Shown here: positions 39,729 to 48,977 of the stretch, piece by piece
Numbering within the stretch: the first letter of the stretch is position 1
Layout of the letters: every line of letters starts with the position of its first letter
Made by a program: the position numbers and the translations under genes
NCBI GenBank assembly: GCA_047150005.1
Contig: AP038806.1
Span: forward strand, 448,001 to 512,000
DNA: 64,000 nt
Direction of reading: 5' to 3'
Source of the DNA: Nitrospira sp.
Lineage (GTDB): Bacteria > Nitrospirota > Nitrospiria > Nitrospirales > Nitrospiraceae
The notes under the pieces: generated by a model
Told to the model about the DNA's origin: nothing
The model's database searches: none
The model's input: the letters and a program-made list of their open reading frames with translations, nothing else

Positions 39729-41341
39729 GCGACCCCCCGACGGGAAGGAGGCGGGAGCAGCCGTTGACGCTCCAGAAATCGAAAGACCTCCTCGGCCATC
39801 TTCGCGCTGCCTCGCTCGTTGAAATGACAATTGTCGAAGGTATCTTCCCGGGCGAACGTGCCGGGCTCCGTCAAGACCCGCAGGAACGGCGCCTGGAATT
39901 CCTCCGCGACCGCGCGATTGACCTCGTTGTGCTCCCGCACGCCCCGCGCAAAGACGTCGTCTCCTTCCTTCACCGCGATGAAATGCTGCGGCAGCACGAC
40001 CACGCGCCGTTTCTCGTCTTGCAGCAGATGAATGAGGTTACGCAGGTGGCCCCGGTAGATGTCCGGGTGGTTACGATCTAAGGCGGCGGACCATTCAACG
40101 GGCGACGGCCTGGGCGGGCTCACGACGCCGCCGATGCCGGTATGGCGGATGTGCACGATGTGGCGCGTGAGGAAGTAATAGCGATAGGGAGACAGCGGCG
40201 CCAGCACCGGATTCGGACGCGGCAGCACGGAGCCTTCGCTCCGCCACGGAATGCGGTAGTTCGAATAGTCCGGCGTCAGCACACCGAACAAGCGGGCGTC
40301 GACATCGTTGATCCCTTCGTAGAGCAACACCAGATCCGGCCGCAGATCGTTGAGCAGAATGAGATAGTGCAGGGAATTTTCCAGCACGGTGTAGCCTCCG
40401 ACACCGCCGTTGATGACCTCGCAGGTCTCTCCGCAACGAGACCGCACCCGCTGCTCGAGCTGATACACCCAGGTGTCCTCTTCTCTCCGGATGAGCTCAC
40501 CGAACGTCGTGCTCCCGCCCAGCACCAGCGTCCGCCATCGCACCAGGTCGCGGGACCGAATCGGCTCGCCACGGCGGATCCGGTAGGCGGCGTTGAACTG
40601 CTTCCCGTCCCCGTATGGCATCTGAGGGTTCAAGACATAATTCAAATATTGATGCTCGGCGAAATTCACCGACTCGCCCGGCGCAAACTCCATGGCGCCG
40701 CCTTCATGGAACACATAACGGAACCACTCGGCCGTTTTCCGGCCCTGCTCCGCGAGCGCCCGTTCCGTCAGCACCCAGAACAAGGCCTGAATCAGCAGGA
40801 CCGTGGCGGCCGACAGGGCGAACGTCCGCAAGCCGATATGCAGCCTGGTTCTCCGATCGAACCGCCGGCCGCCGACCCGGTCGACCGCGAACGCGACCAT
40901 CAGAAAATCCAGCAGCAACAGCGCGATATAGAGGAGAACCGGCAGCGTCGTGCCGTAGCGCAGCACATAGGTCCTGCCGTTCACGTTAGGATCGCTGTTG
41001 TCGGAGGCGGAGAAATACAGCCGATCGCCCCAATGCGAGAATCCTCCGCCGCCCCGGCTGCGGATGACGTCGTGCGTCGTATGGGGGATTCCCGGTTCGG
41101 TGCCCTGTTCGTACAGCTCCACGCGCGAGTTCTCCGCCTCCGCCCCGTCGGAAGGCAAGGCCACCGGCATGTCGGCGACGAACGCGTGGCCCGCATCGTG
41201 GAGGTAGGGCCCGGAGAGTCGGAGCTCGTGCGACACCATCCGGTCCGGCGGCCAATAGAGCCACAGCACCACGTTCGCCGCCGCCAGGCATGCCAGCGGG
41301 ACCGCGGCCCATCGTCCAAGTCCGGACGTCTCAGTCGCCAT
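39725..41341 (-). CDS. SGNH/GDSL hydrolase family membrane protein with an N-terminal unassigned module
   Basis: LGGSTTFG, INGGVGGY, GIND and DNCHFN motifs; module at 40961-41227. Confidence 0.82.
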   Translation of the reverse strand: MATETSGLGRWAAVPLACLAAANVVLWLYWPPDRMVSHELRLSGPYLHDAGHAFVADMPVALPSDGAEAENSRVELYEQGTEPGIPHTTHDVIRSRGGGGFSHWGDRLYFSASDNSDPNVNGRTYVLRYGTTLPVLLYIALLLLDFLMVAFAVDRVGGRRFDRRTRLHIGLRTFALSAATVLLIQALFWVLTERALAEQGRKTAEWFRYVFHEGGAMEFAPGESVNFAEHQYLNYVLNPQMPYGDGKQFNAAYRIRRGEPIRSRDLVRWRTLVLGGSTTFGELIRREEDTWVYQLEQRVRSRCGETCEVINGGVGGYTVLENSLHYLILLNDLRPDLVLLYEGINDVDARLFGVLTPDYSNYRIPWRSEGSVLPRPNPVLAPLSPYRYYFLTRHIVHIRHTGIGGVVSPPRPSPVEWSAALDRNHPDIYRGHLRNLIHLLQDEKRRVVVLPQHFIAVKEGDDVFARGVREHNEVNRAVAEEFQAPFLRVLTEPGTFAREDTFDNCHFNERGSAKMAEEVFRFLERQRLLPPPSRRGVA

Positions 41342-42038
41342 TGTGCACCTGATACGGCGAAACGAATGGTGCGTCCTTCTCCTTGCGCAGGGCGACCACG
41401 TACATCATGTTCGCCGGCAGTTCTGAGCGGGCCAGCAACTCGTGGATCGGCTTCGCCAGGCTGGTCGGCTCGCCGGCCCGGCGTGTGATGAATACCTGCG
41501 GCCGAGACGGTCCGTCCGGGAAGACGTCTTTGAGCGCGTAATACCCCTCCGCCAGCAGCTCGTAGTGATTGGCCTCGATCATCGAGTGAAACAAGAGGGG
41601 ATTGAAGTTGAAGAACCCATGCTCGTACCAAGTGAGCGGAGCCATGTGAATGAGCGTGCCGCCGGTTCTTGTCAGCCGATGCAGATTTTCCATCGCCTGC
41701 CTGACGTCGAACACGTGCTCCAGCGTCCCTCCGTTGAGAACGGTGCCGAAACACCCGACGAGGTCGGCCGGGACCGGGCGATTGAGGTCGAGCGACAGGC
41801 TGGCGCGGCCGTTGAGATCGCAGTCCCGATAGTCGCGAATGTTGTACCGGTCGCGGAATAAGGCCCGCACGGAGCCTTCCTTTTCCAAGGAGCCGTATCC
41901 GTACAGACGCGCGAACCGTCCGATCTGTTCGACCGGCTCCCTGATCGTCAGTGAACCGAGTCCGAGCACGGGGTTCTGGATGCCGCCTAATTCGGCACAG
42001 AGATCGAGAAACTCGGCTTGGGCGAAATCAATTCCCAT
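41331..42038 (-). CDS. Methyltransferase-like protein
   Basis: LDLN.P, NGGTLEHVFD and HGFFNF motifs. Confidence 0.65.
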   Translation of the reverse strand: MGIDFAQAEFLDLCAELGGIQNPVLGLGSLTIREPVEQIGRFARLYGYGSLEKEGSVRALFRDRYNIRDYRDCDLNGRASLSLDLNRPVPADLVGCFGTVLNGGTLEHVFDVRQAMENLHRLTRTGGTLIHMAPLTWYEHGFFNFNPLLFHSMIEANHYELLAEGYYALKDVFPDGPSRPQVFITRRAGEPTSLAKPIHELLARSELPANMMYVVALRKEKDAPFVSPYQVHNGD

Positions 42039-42047
42039 GATGCAGCC

Positions 42048-43331
42048 TCACCCGACGCTGTATGACGCCGGAATCGTCTCCACCGATACATTGAGGTTGA
42101 CGAGTGAATTCGTATAGGCGAAGCCGTCTCCTGTCACCTCGAACAGCAAGCCGTCGTAGTGGAGATCATATTGCGTCCCGTCCGACCGCGCGGCGCTGGC
42201 GGTGAGGAAATAGGCGCCGGAGGCCAGCCACATCGACAGGTGAAAGGCCACCTGAAGCGCCTCGCCCGTCTTGACGGGCTCGACCGGAATCCCCCGCAGC
42301 AGGGTGTCGGTACCATACAGGTCCACACCGCGCCGGTCGCGAATGAGCATCCCAACAACCAGATCGTCAAGGTCCTCTCGCGCGAGGATCGTGAAGCGCA
42401 CGGTGTAGTCCGATCCGGACTCCAGTCTCCGCACCGGCCGGCCTTCCTGATCGCAGATCGCGAGGCCTGTGATCTCCGCCTTGCCGTTGCCGTAGCGCAT
42501 GCAGACGGGACCGGAACCGCGGGCCTGCTCCGACTCCGGATCGATCTGCTTCCCCCCATGGGAAGACGGTGCGTCGGGGTCCGCCTCATCCCCGCCGAAC
42601 AGCATCCGGTGATAGTACTTGGTCACGTACGACGGCTCGCCGTCGGCCGCCACCGTCCCGTTCTCGAGCACAATCGCCCGGTCGCACATCGACGTGATCG
42701 CATCGGCGCTGTGCGACACCAGGAGAATGGTCTTTCCGGCCTCTCGAAACGAGCGGAACTTGTCGCAGCATTTCTTCTGGAACCGGGCGTCCCCCACCGA
42801 CAAGGCTTCATCGACGATCAGGATGTCGGGATCGGCGCTCACGACCGTGCTGAACGTCAGCCGGGCCTGCATACCGGTCGAATAGGTCTTGAACGGCTGA
42901 TCGATGACCTCGCCCAGTTCGCTGAACGCGATGATGCCCTCGATCCGCGCATCGATCTCGTCGTTGGTGAGGCCCAGGCAGAGCCCTCCCATGTAGACAT
43001 TTTCGCGACCCGTATATTCAGGGTGAAACCCGGTGCCCAGTTCCAAGATCGACGTCACCTTGCCCTGCACCTCGACGTCGCCCCCTGTACGCTCCAGCGT
43101 CCCGGTCAGAATCTTCAGGAGCGTGCTCTTTCCCGCGCCGTTGCGCCCCATGATTCCCACCACCTCGCCGCGGCGCAGCTCGAAGCTCACGTCGCGGAGC
43201 GCCCAGCGTTCCTCGTGCCTCGGCCGCCTGGTGATCAGCTCGCGGAGCAGATCGGCCGGCCGCCGATAGATTTCGAACCGCTTCGACAGATGTCGCACCC
43301 GGATCGCGGGCGCCTCGGCCTCGACCGTCAT
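42048..43331 (-). CDS. wzt: Polysaccharide ABC transporter ATP-binding subunit with C-terminal Wzt_C domain
   Basis: GRNGAGKST, YSTGMQARL and DEALSVGD motifs; beta-rich C-terminal extension. Confidence 0.93.
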   Translation of the reverse strand: MTVEAEAPAIRVRHLSKRFEIYRRPADLLRELITRRPRHEERWALRDVSFELRRGEVVGIMGRNGAGKSTLLKILTGTLERTGGDVEVQGKVTSILELGTGFHPEYTGRENVYMGGLCLGLTNDEIDARIEGIIAFSELGEVIDQPFKTYSTGMQARLTFSTVVSADPDILIVDEALSVGDARFQKKCCDKFRSFREAGKTILLVSHSADAITSMCDRAIVLENGTVAADGEPSYVTKYYHRMLFGGDEADPDAPSSHGGKQIDPESEQARGSGPVCMRYGNGKAEITGLAICDQEGRPVRRLESGSDYTVRFTILAREDLDDLVVGMLIRDRRGVDLYGTDTLLRGIPVEPVKTGEALQVAFHLSMWLASGAYFLTASAARSDGTQYDLHYDGLLFEVTGDGFAYTNSLVNLNVSVETIPASYSVG

Positions 43332-44206
43332 AGCACCTCGCCGAACATGAGTTTGAGCTTCCGAAAGACCCGATGACCCAGGAACAGCGCGGCCGGACTC
43401 AAGACGAGCAGCAGCAGCCAGGAGCCAGGATGAGCCGGCCGCCCGTAGTACAGCGCGTCCTGGTAACACCAGACCAGGTGGCTGAACGGATTCAACGACA
43501 GCAGCACGGCGAACCCCGGCACAATTCGCTCGACCGCGTCTTCCGAGTACAGAATGGGCGCGAGAAAGATGCCGGCGCTCACAAAGACCTGAACGATCTC
43601 ACGCAAATCACGGACATAGGCCCCGACGGACGACAGCCCGTAGCTCACGCCGATCATCACCATCAGCTGAAGGAGAAAGAGAACCGGCAGCGAGGCTGCA
43701 AGAGCCGGCACATGCCGATCGACGATCGCCATATAGAGAAGAAGGATCAGCGTCGCGATGCCTTGCGGCAGTGCGGCGGCCAGCACCGACTTGACCGGGA
43801 GGATCTCGACCGGAAAGACCACCTGCTTGACCAGGCCCGCTTCGTTCACGATCGCCCCGGTCCCGCGCGACATGGCATCCGCAACGGTCATCCACGGAAT
43901 CAAGCCGGCCAGAATGTACGTGACCGCGCCGCCCTGACCGCCGCCGAAGGGCGTGCGGGACGGAAACACGAAGGTGAAGAGGAACAGATACAGTCCCATC
44001 AAGAGGATGGGATGGGCGACGGCCCACAACGTGCCCAGCGCTTGTCCCGCATAGCGGTCGCGCACCTCCCGCTTCGCCATCTGCCAGACCAGGCGGCGGC
44101 GGTCGATGAGCGTCTCGATCAGGCCGCCGGCCCCGCGCGGCGCACGCCGAACCGTCTGCGCGCGCGCCGAGCCGGCGATCGACAACGGCACACTCGTCCG
44201 CGCCAT
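43328..44206 (-). CDS. wzm: Polysaccharide ABC transporter permease
   Basis: RYAGQALG.LW, LVKQVVFP, APILY and NP motifs; six TM segments. Confidence 0.93.
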   Translation of the reverse strand: MARTSVPLSIAGSARAQTVRRAPRGAGGLIETLIDRRRLVWQMAKREVRDRYAGQALGTLWAVAHPILLMGLYLFLFTFVFPSRTPFGGGQGGAVTYILAGLIPWMTVADAMSRGTGAIVNEAGLVKQVVFPVEILPVKSVLAAALPQGIATLILLLYMAIVDRHVPALAASLPVLFLLQLMVMIGVSYGLSSVGAYVRDLREIVQVFVSAGIFLAPILYSEDAVERIVPGFAVLLSLNPFSHLVWCYQDALYYGRPAHPGSWLLLLVLSPAALFLGHRVFRKLKLMFGEVL

Positions 44207-44255
44207 CAGTCAGCCCCCCGGCGGTCGAACAGGCGGTCGGCGGGAAAATGCAGGA

Positions 44256-46142
44256 TCATCGGCGCTCCGATTCCGAGCCGACCTGAGCGGCATAGGCCCG
44301 CCGATCCTCGTCCTGTCTCGACCGCTTCAACCGATAGGTCCGCCCGTTCTCCTTCGGATCGGAATCATCGGAGGCGCTGAAATACAGCTGTGCGCCCCAG
44401 ATCGAATACCGTCCATGCCCGTGTTTCCGAATGTCTTCATGGAGAGAAGCCTTGGGGCCGAGCCTGGTGTCGTCCTCCCAGAGTTCATACTGCTCATCAT
44501 CGATGCCCGGCGGCAAACTCACGATGGCGCAGCGGCCGATTTCTCTGTGAATGAACGTCAACGGCACCTCGTGACGGGCTTCCTCTTCGGCATGCGGGAC
44601 GACAGGCGGCGCCGGATCCTGCCCGCGCTTCTTCAAGCGATAGGCGCGCCCGTTCCGTCTGGCATCCGAATTGTCCGACGTGCTGAAATACAGCTTGCGT
44701 TCCCCGATGTAATAGGATCCCCCGCCGTATTCTCTGATTTCGTCATGCAACACCTGTCGGGGTCCGAGGAGCGTCTCGTTCTCCCATAATTCATAGCCTT
44801 CGGCGCCGACGCCGGGCGGCAGGACGGCAAGATGGCAATGGCCGGCTTCCTGCTGGATGAATTCGACCTTGACGGTGTGATGATCCGGCCAGACGAGCAT
44901 CTCCGGCGACTCCGCCCTCGCATCAGAGCCGTGGGACGCCCGGCGGCCGTCGTAGAGGTCGGGCACGTGGAAGCGGATGCAGTCTTCGCAATTGGGCAGC
45001 GGGAGCAATCCCGAGGCGTCCCGGCGGAGTGACGCCCGGATGCTGGTGTAGTTGCGGCCGAACCACGCGTCGGCAAAATCTGCCACCGACGTGGCGTATC
45101 CCAACACGACGTCCTGAGCCCGACAACAGGCGCTCATTTGGCCGTCGAGGCCGATCTCAACGTAATAGTTCGGCGCCACGCAAATGCGGAGCGGATCGGC
45201 TCGATACGCGTCGGGGCTGCGGGGAAACATCATCCGATGCTGGCCAATCGCGAGCAGCCGCTTGAGATTCCAGTGCAAGCGGGTCCGCGCCTTGTCCATC
45301 AGCACGCCTCCGCTGTTCAAAGGATTCCCGTCGAGACTGACCCTGATGACATTCCCCGCGCGCGTCAGCCACTCCCGGATCTCGCCGGCCGTCGCGTCCA
45401 GATCCTCCTGGCTCGGCGCCTCTTCGAAGGAATTCTGAATGGGACTGTACCGGTGAAACGCCACCTCTTCGATGCCGTGATTCACCGACCACTGCACAAC
45501 TCGTAGCGCGTCGGCGGTCGTCCGTCGAGTCAGCGTGGGATAGACGCCGACCCGAAGCCGCCCTCGGTCCCGCCGGCGCAGGAACTTTACGAGCTGCGGC
45601 TCCGCTTTCACCCACTCGCCGCCCCGCCGCACCTCGTCGAACCGGGGCCCGACGGCGTCCAACGACAGCATGACCTTGCCCCGCTGGCGGAGCAGCACGT
45701 CGATGACCCGATCCGTGAACAGGGTCCCGTTGGTCTGCACCTTCACGTCGCAGCCGTAGATCCCGATCGTCCCGAGTACCGCCTCGATCTGCGGATGCAG
45801 GAGAGGATCGCCCTGGCTGTTTAATTCGACCTCCACCATGAATGGAAAGAGCGTTTCGGCCACGGCATAGAACACGTCCAGCGGCATGTGGCTGCGGATC
45901 ACGCCGGTCTCGTCGAGATATTTTTGGCTTCCGCAGATTTCACAGCGGAGGTTGCACTTGTTCGTCAGGGCGAGATTGCAGAAGACCGGGGGCGGCACGT
46001 CCCAGCCGCCCCGCGCAAGAAAGTAGGCGGACGCCGGATGCCGTCGCCAGAGCAGCGCCGCGACCTTGTCGCTATAGCCCTTCGCGATGAACCGGTTCAG
46101 CAGAACTTCGGTCGCCTCGTCAACCGTCTTGGCGAAACTCAT
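44256..46142 (-). CDS. Radical SAM protein with SPASM/twitch-like Cys cluster and two C-terminal unassigned repeat modules
   Basis: CNLRCEIC, GDPLLH, TNGTL, C..ACC..CEDC motifs. ATG at 46142 overlaps the upstream stop (ATGA). Confidence 0.85.
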   Translation of the reverse strand: MSFAKTVDEATEVLLNRFIAKGYSDKVAALLWRRHPASAYFLARGGWDVPPPVFCNLALTNKCNLRCEICGSQKYLDETGVIRSHMPLDVFYAVAETLFPFMVEVELNSQGDPLLHPQIEAVLGTIGIYGCDVKVQTNGTLFTDRVIDVLLRQRGKVMLSLDAVGPRFDEVRRGGEWVKAEPQLVKFLRRRDRGRLRVGVYPTLTRRTTADALRVVQWSVNHGIEEVAFHRYSPIQNSFEEAPSQEDLDATAGEIREWLTRAGNVIRVSLDGNPLNSGGVLMDKARTRLHWNLKRLLAIGQHRMMFPRSPDAYRADPLRICVAPNYYVEIGLDGQMSACCRAQDVVLGYATSVADFADAWFGRNYTSIRASLRRDASGLLPLPNCEDCIRFHVPDLYDGRRASHGSDARAESPEMLVWPDHHTVKVEFIQQEAGHCHLAVLPPGVGAEGYELWENETLLGPRQVLHDEIREYGGGSYYIGERKLYFSTSDNSDARRNGRAYRLKKRGQDPAPPVVPHAEEEARHEVPLTFIHREIGRCAIVSLPPGIDDEQYELWEDDTRLGPKASLHEDIRKHGHGRYSIWGAQLYFSASDDSDPKENGRTYRLKRSRQDEDRRAYAAQVGSESERR

Positions 46143-47275
46143 GACTCGGAGCCGCTCCCCGCGTCGAGATAGATCGAATACCGTCGGCCGTTCAGGTTGG
46201 GATTGCTCCGGTCGGTCGACGAAAACACGAGACGGTCGCCCCAATGGGAATACCGGCTTCCGCCGTAGGCCTCGATCTGGGCATGCGGCGCATGCGCAAA
46301 GCCCAGCGGCCGTCCGTCTTCGCACAGCATCAGCCGGGATCGTCGAGGCTCCTCGACCCTATCGGCTTCCGCACGATACTGCGGGAGATGCGCGACCCAG
46401 GCGTGCCCTGCTTGATGAGCGAACGGAGCCTGAAGGGCGACCTCCGTACGGCGCCCGGCGACGCGGTCCCAATAGTTGGCGGCGCCTTTCCTCCGGAACA
46501 GATATTCGCTGTTCGCTTCTCCAGCCGTGATGTTCAGAAGTTCCAGGCCGAGTTGATCCGCACAGAAGGCTTTCGTCTCCGCGATGCCCGCAAACTCCAT
46601 CGGCCAGCCGCCCAGCCAATCCTTCACGTCCGTCCAGTAAGACATGCCCCGCGACCGCCCGTATTCGCGGATGTGCGCGAACGGATTTCGGCCCGCCCGC
46701 AACTCGGGCAGAATGGTCGCCCGCAGCGCATAGCGCCATTCCATGTAACGGCGAGCCAGCGCCCCGGCGCGGTTGTACCGTTGTTTCAGCGACAGCCAAT
46801 ACTCCGGCGTGGGATCGATGAAGATGTCGGTCGTATACAGGGCGATACAGAAGACGGAGTCCGGCTTCATCAGCGAAGAGGCGTTGGCGACCGCTTCCCA
46901 CATGCTCCCCGTATGGTGCAGGACGCCCCAACTGTAGACGATGTCCGCCCGATCCAGCTTGTCCAGGAAGGAACGGTCGAGGACCGAGCCCTGCAAAATT
47001 TCCCAGTTGTCCGGCGATCCGGCCTGCTCGCTGACCATTCGACTGGTCTGCACCGAATCGGGATCGTAGTCGAATCCGATGACGCGGCTTGCGCCGGCCC
47101 GGTAGGCCGCCAGCGAATGGATGCCGCTTCCGCAGCCGACATCCAGGAAGGTCTTGCCTCGCAGATCGTCCAGCTTCAGGAAGTCGAGCAGGCACCGGCG
47201 GGCCGTCTCGATCCGCTCGTCCGTGACATGCCGACGCGCGAACTCCGACCAGTTCTTTCCGAATTCGTACCGCAT
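46139..47275 (-). CDS. Class I SAM methyltransferase with C-terminal unassigned module
   Basis: LDVGCGSG and YSWGVLHHTG motifs; module at 46172-46444. Confidence 0.87.
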   Translation of the reverse strand: MRYEFGKNWSEFARRHVTDERIETARRCLLDFLKLDDLRGKTFLDVGCGSGIHSLAAYRAGASRVIGFDYDPDSVQTSRMVSEQAGSPDNWEILQGSVLDRSFLDKLDRADIVYSWGVLHHTGSMWEAVANASSLMKPDSVFCIALYTTDIFIDPTPEYWLSLKQRYNRAGALARRYMEWRYALRATILPELRAGRNPFAHIREYGRSRGMSYWTDVKDWLGGWPMEFAGIAETKAFCADQLGLELLNITAGEANSEYLFRRKGAANYWDRVAGRRTEVALQAPFAHQAGHAWVAHLPQYRAEADRVEEPRRSRLMLCEDGRPLGFAHAPHAQIEAYGGSRYSHWGDRLVFSSTDRSNPNLNGRRYSIYLDAGSGSES

Positions 47276-47330
47276 CTAGTAAGCCCCCTTGTCTGCCTTC
47301 CACGTTCACACAACGACCACAATCGATGTA

Positions 47331-47346
47331 CTAGGGGTACCCCTAG
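47331..47346. promoter_or_regulatory. Perfect 16-bp palindrome in a divergent promoter region
   Basis: CTAGGGGTACCCCTAG. Confidence 0.45.
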
Positions 47347-47435
47347 CTCCGCCCGGTGAAGACTTCTTGCTACAACGTGCGCTGAGCGGTTCATCGCAGA
47401 CGCCGCTCGGGGTTCACCTTCATCGTCGGATCACT

Positions 47436-48860
47436 ATGGGCAGCTATGCAGCGTGGGTGGCGGCGCAAGCGGGATCGCCGCCGGTTCCCCGGCTGAAACG
47501 CCTGGCCTGGACGCTCCAACGCCGCGCACCGTGGCTCCATGGACTGGCCCGCCGGTGGCACTACGGCTCCATTGAACCGTCGGTCCCCTCCCCGATGGCG
47601 GCGCTCCTCCGGCGTGTGCCGCCGAACGAGCGTCCCGCGCCCGATTTCGGCAAGCTGCGCGTGCTGCACTGCATCGGAGGATTGATTCCCGGAGGGGCCG
47701 AACGGCAGCTCTGCAACTTCGTCGTCGCCGCAAGCCGGCGGGGCCTCGAGCTCCGGGTGCTGACGCTGCGCGAATCCGTCGACGACGATGCGCACTATGC
47801 CGATCTGCTCCAGCGGGTCGGCATCCGGCCCTTTGTCGCCGGCGCCGACTTCAACGCCGATTTCATCCGCAAACTCAAAGCCAGGCCCGGCGCGCTGGAG
47901 TTGCTCAATCAGCTGCCGGTCTTCTTCCTCCCCTATACGGTCGACATTCTAGGAGAATTGCTGATCGATCCGCCCGATCTCGTTCATGCCTGGCTCGACC
48001 ATAACAATATCTGGGCTGGAGTGGCCGCGCTGCTCGCGGGGATCCCGCATATCGTGTTATCCACGCGCAACGTGAATCCGAATCACTTTCCGTATCTGGC
48101 CCATCCGCTCTTCAAGCCATGGTACCAATTCCTGGCTTCCTTCCCGCAGGTGCGCTTCATCAACAATTCGCATCCTGGTGCCGAGGACTATACGACCTGG
48201 CTGGGCGTGGAGGTCGATCGCTTCCGGGTGGTGCACAACGGCGTGGACTTCGACACGGTGGTACGCCCGAAGTCTGATGTAGTCCGGTCGTTTCGAGACG
48301 AGATCCGGCTGCCGTCCGACGCGCCGCTCGTGGCCGGCGTATTCCGGCTGAGCGAGGAGAAGCAACCGATGGTCTTCTTCGAAGTCGTGCGACGGGCGAT
48401 GAGCCGCGTCCGCAACCTCCACGCCGTGGTGGCCGGCGTGGGTCCCTGCGAAAGCGAATTGCGCGAGGTCGTCGCGCGGCACGGCCTCTCCGATCGATTC
48501 CGATTACTGGGCAGGAGAAAAGACGTGGAAGTCGTCATGGCCGCCGCCACGGCCGTGCTCCTGGCGTCGCGGCAGGAGGGCACGCCCAATGTCCTGCTGG
48601 AAGCGCAATGGCTCGGCTGTCCCGTCGTCGCTACGAAGGCCGGCGGCGCGGCGGATGCCGTCAGTCACGACCGGACCGGCTTGTTGTTGGAGGTGGGGGA
48701 TATCGACGGTTTGACCGACGCCCTGCTGTCGCTCGTGCTCGACCGGGCCAGGCGTGAACGACTGAGCGAGGCGGCGCCGACCTTCATCGCCGGACGCTTC
48801 GGTCTGGATCGCATGGTAGACGAAACGCTGACCGTCTACCGGCAGGCCCTGCAGCCGTGA
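47436..48860 (+). CDS. Glycosyltransferase family 4 (only plus-strand gene)
   Basis: GGAERQL, RLSEEKQP and EGTPNVLLEA motifs. Start uncertain. Confidence 0.88.
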   Translation: MGSYAAWVAAQAGSPPVPRLKRLAWTLQRRAPWLHGLARRWHYGSIEPSVPSPMAALLRRVPPNERPAPDFGKLRVLHCIGGLIPGGAERQLCNFVVAASRRGLELRVLTLRESVDDDAHYADLLQRVGIRPFVAGADFNADFIRKLKARPGALELLNQLPVFFLPYTVDILGELLIDPPDLVHAWLDHNNIWAGVAALLAGIPHIVLSTRNVNPNHFPYLAHPLFKPWYQFLASFPQVRFINNSHPGAEDYTTWLGVEVDRFRVVHNGVDFDTVVRPKSDVVRSFRDEIRLPSDAPLVAGVFRLSEEKQPMVFFEVVRRAMSRVRNLHAVVAGVGPCESELREVVARHGLSDRFRLLGRRKDVEVVMAAATAVLLASRQEGTPNVLLEAQWLGCPVVATKAGGAADAVSHDRTGLLLEVGDIDGLTDALLSLVLDRARRERLSEAAPTFIAGRFGLDRMVDETLTVYRQALQP

Positions 48861-48886
48861 CACCGGAGCCGGCCATCGGATGCCCG

Positions 48887-48957
48887 GCGCGTGGAACCCG
48901 GGGACTGACACTGTTCCACGCGTCTGCCTGCCCGCCGCATAGCTCCGGCGGGCGGGC
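48887..48957. terminator. Tandem GC-rich hairpins between convergent genes
   Basis: CGCGTGGAAC/GTTCCACGCG and GCCTGCCCGCCG/CGGCGGGCGGGC stems; no clear U-tract. Confidence 0.5.
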
Positions 48958-48977
48958 GCGTGATGTCTGTCCCCCCA

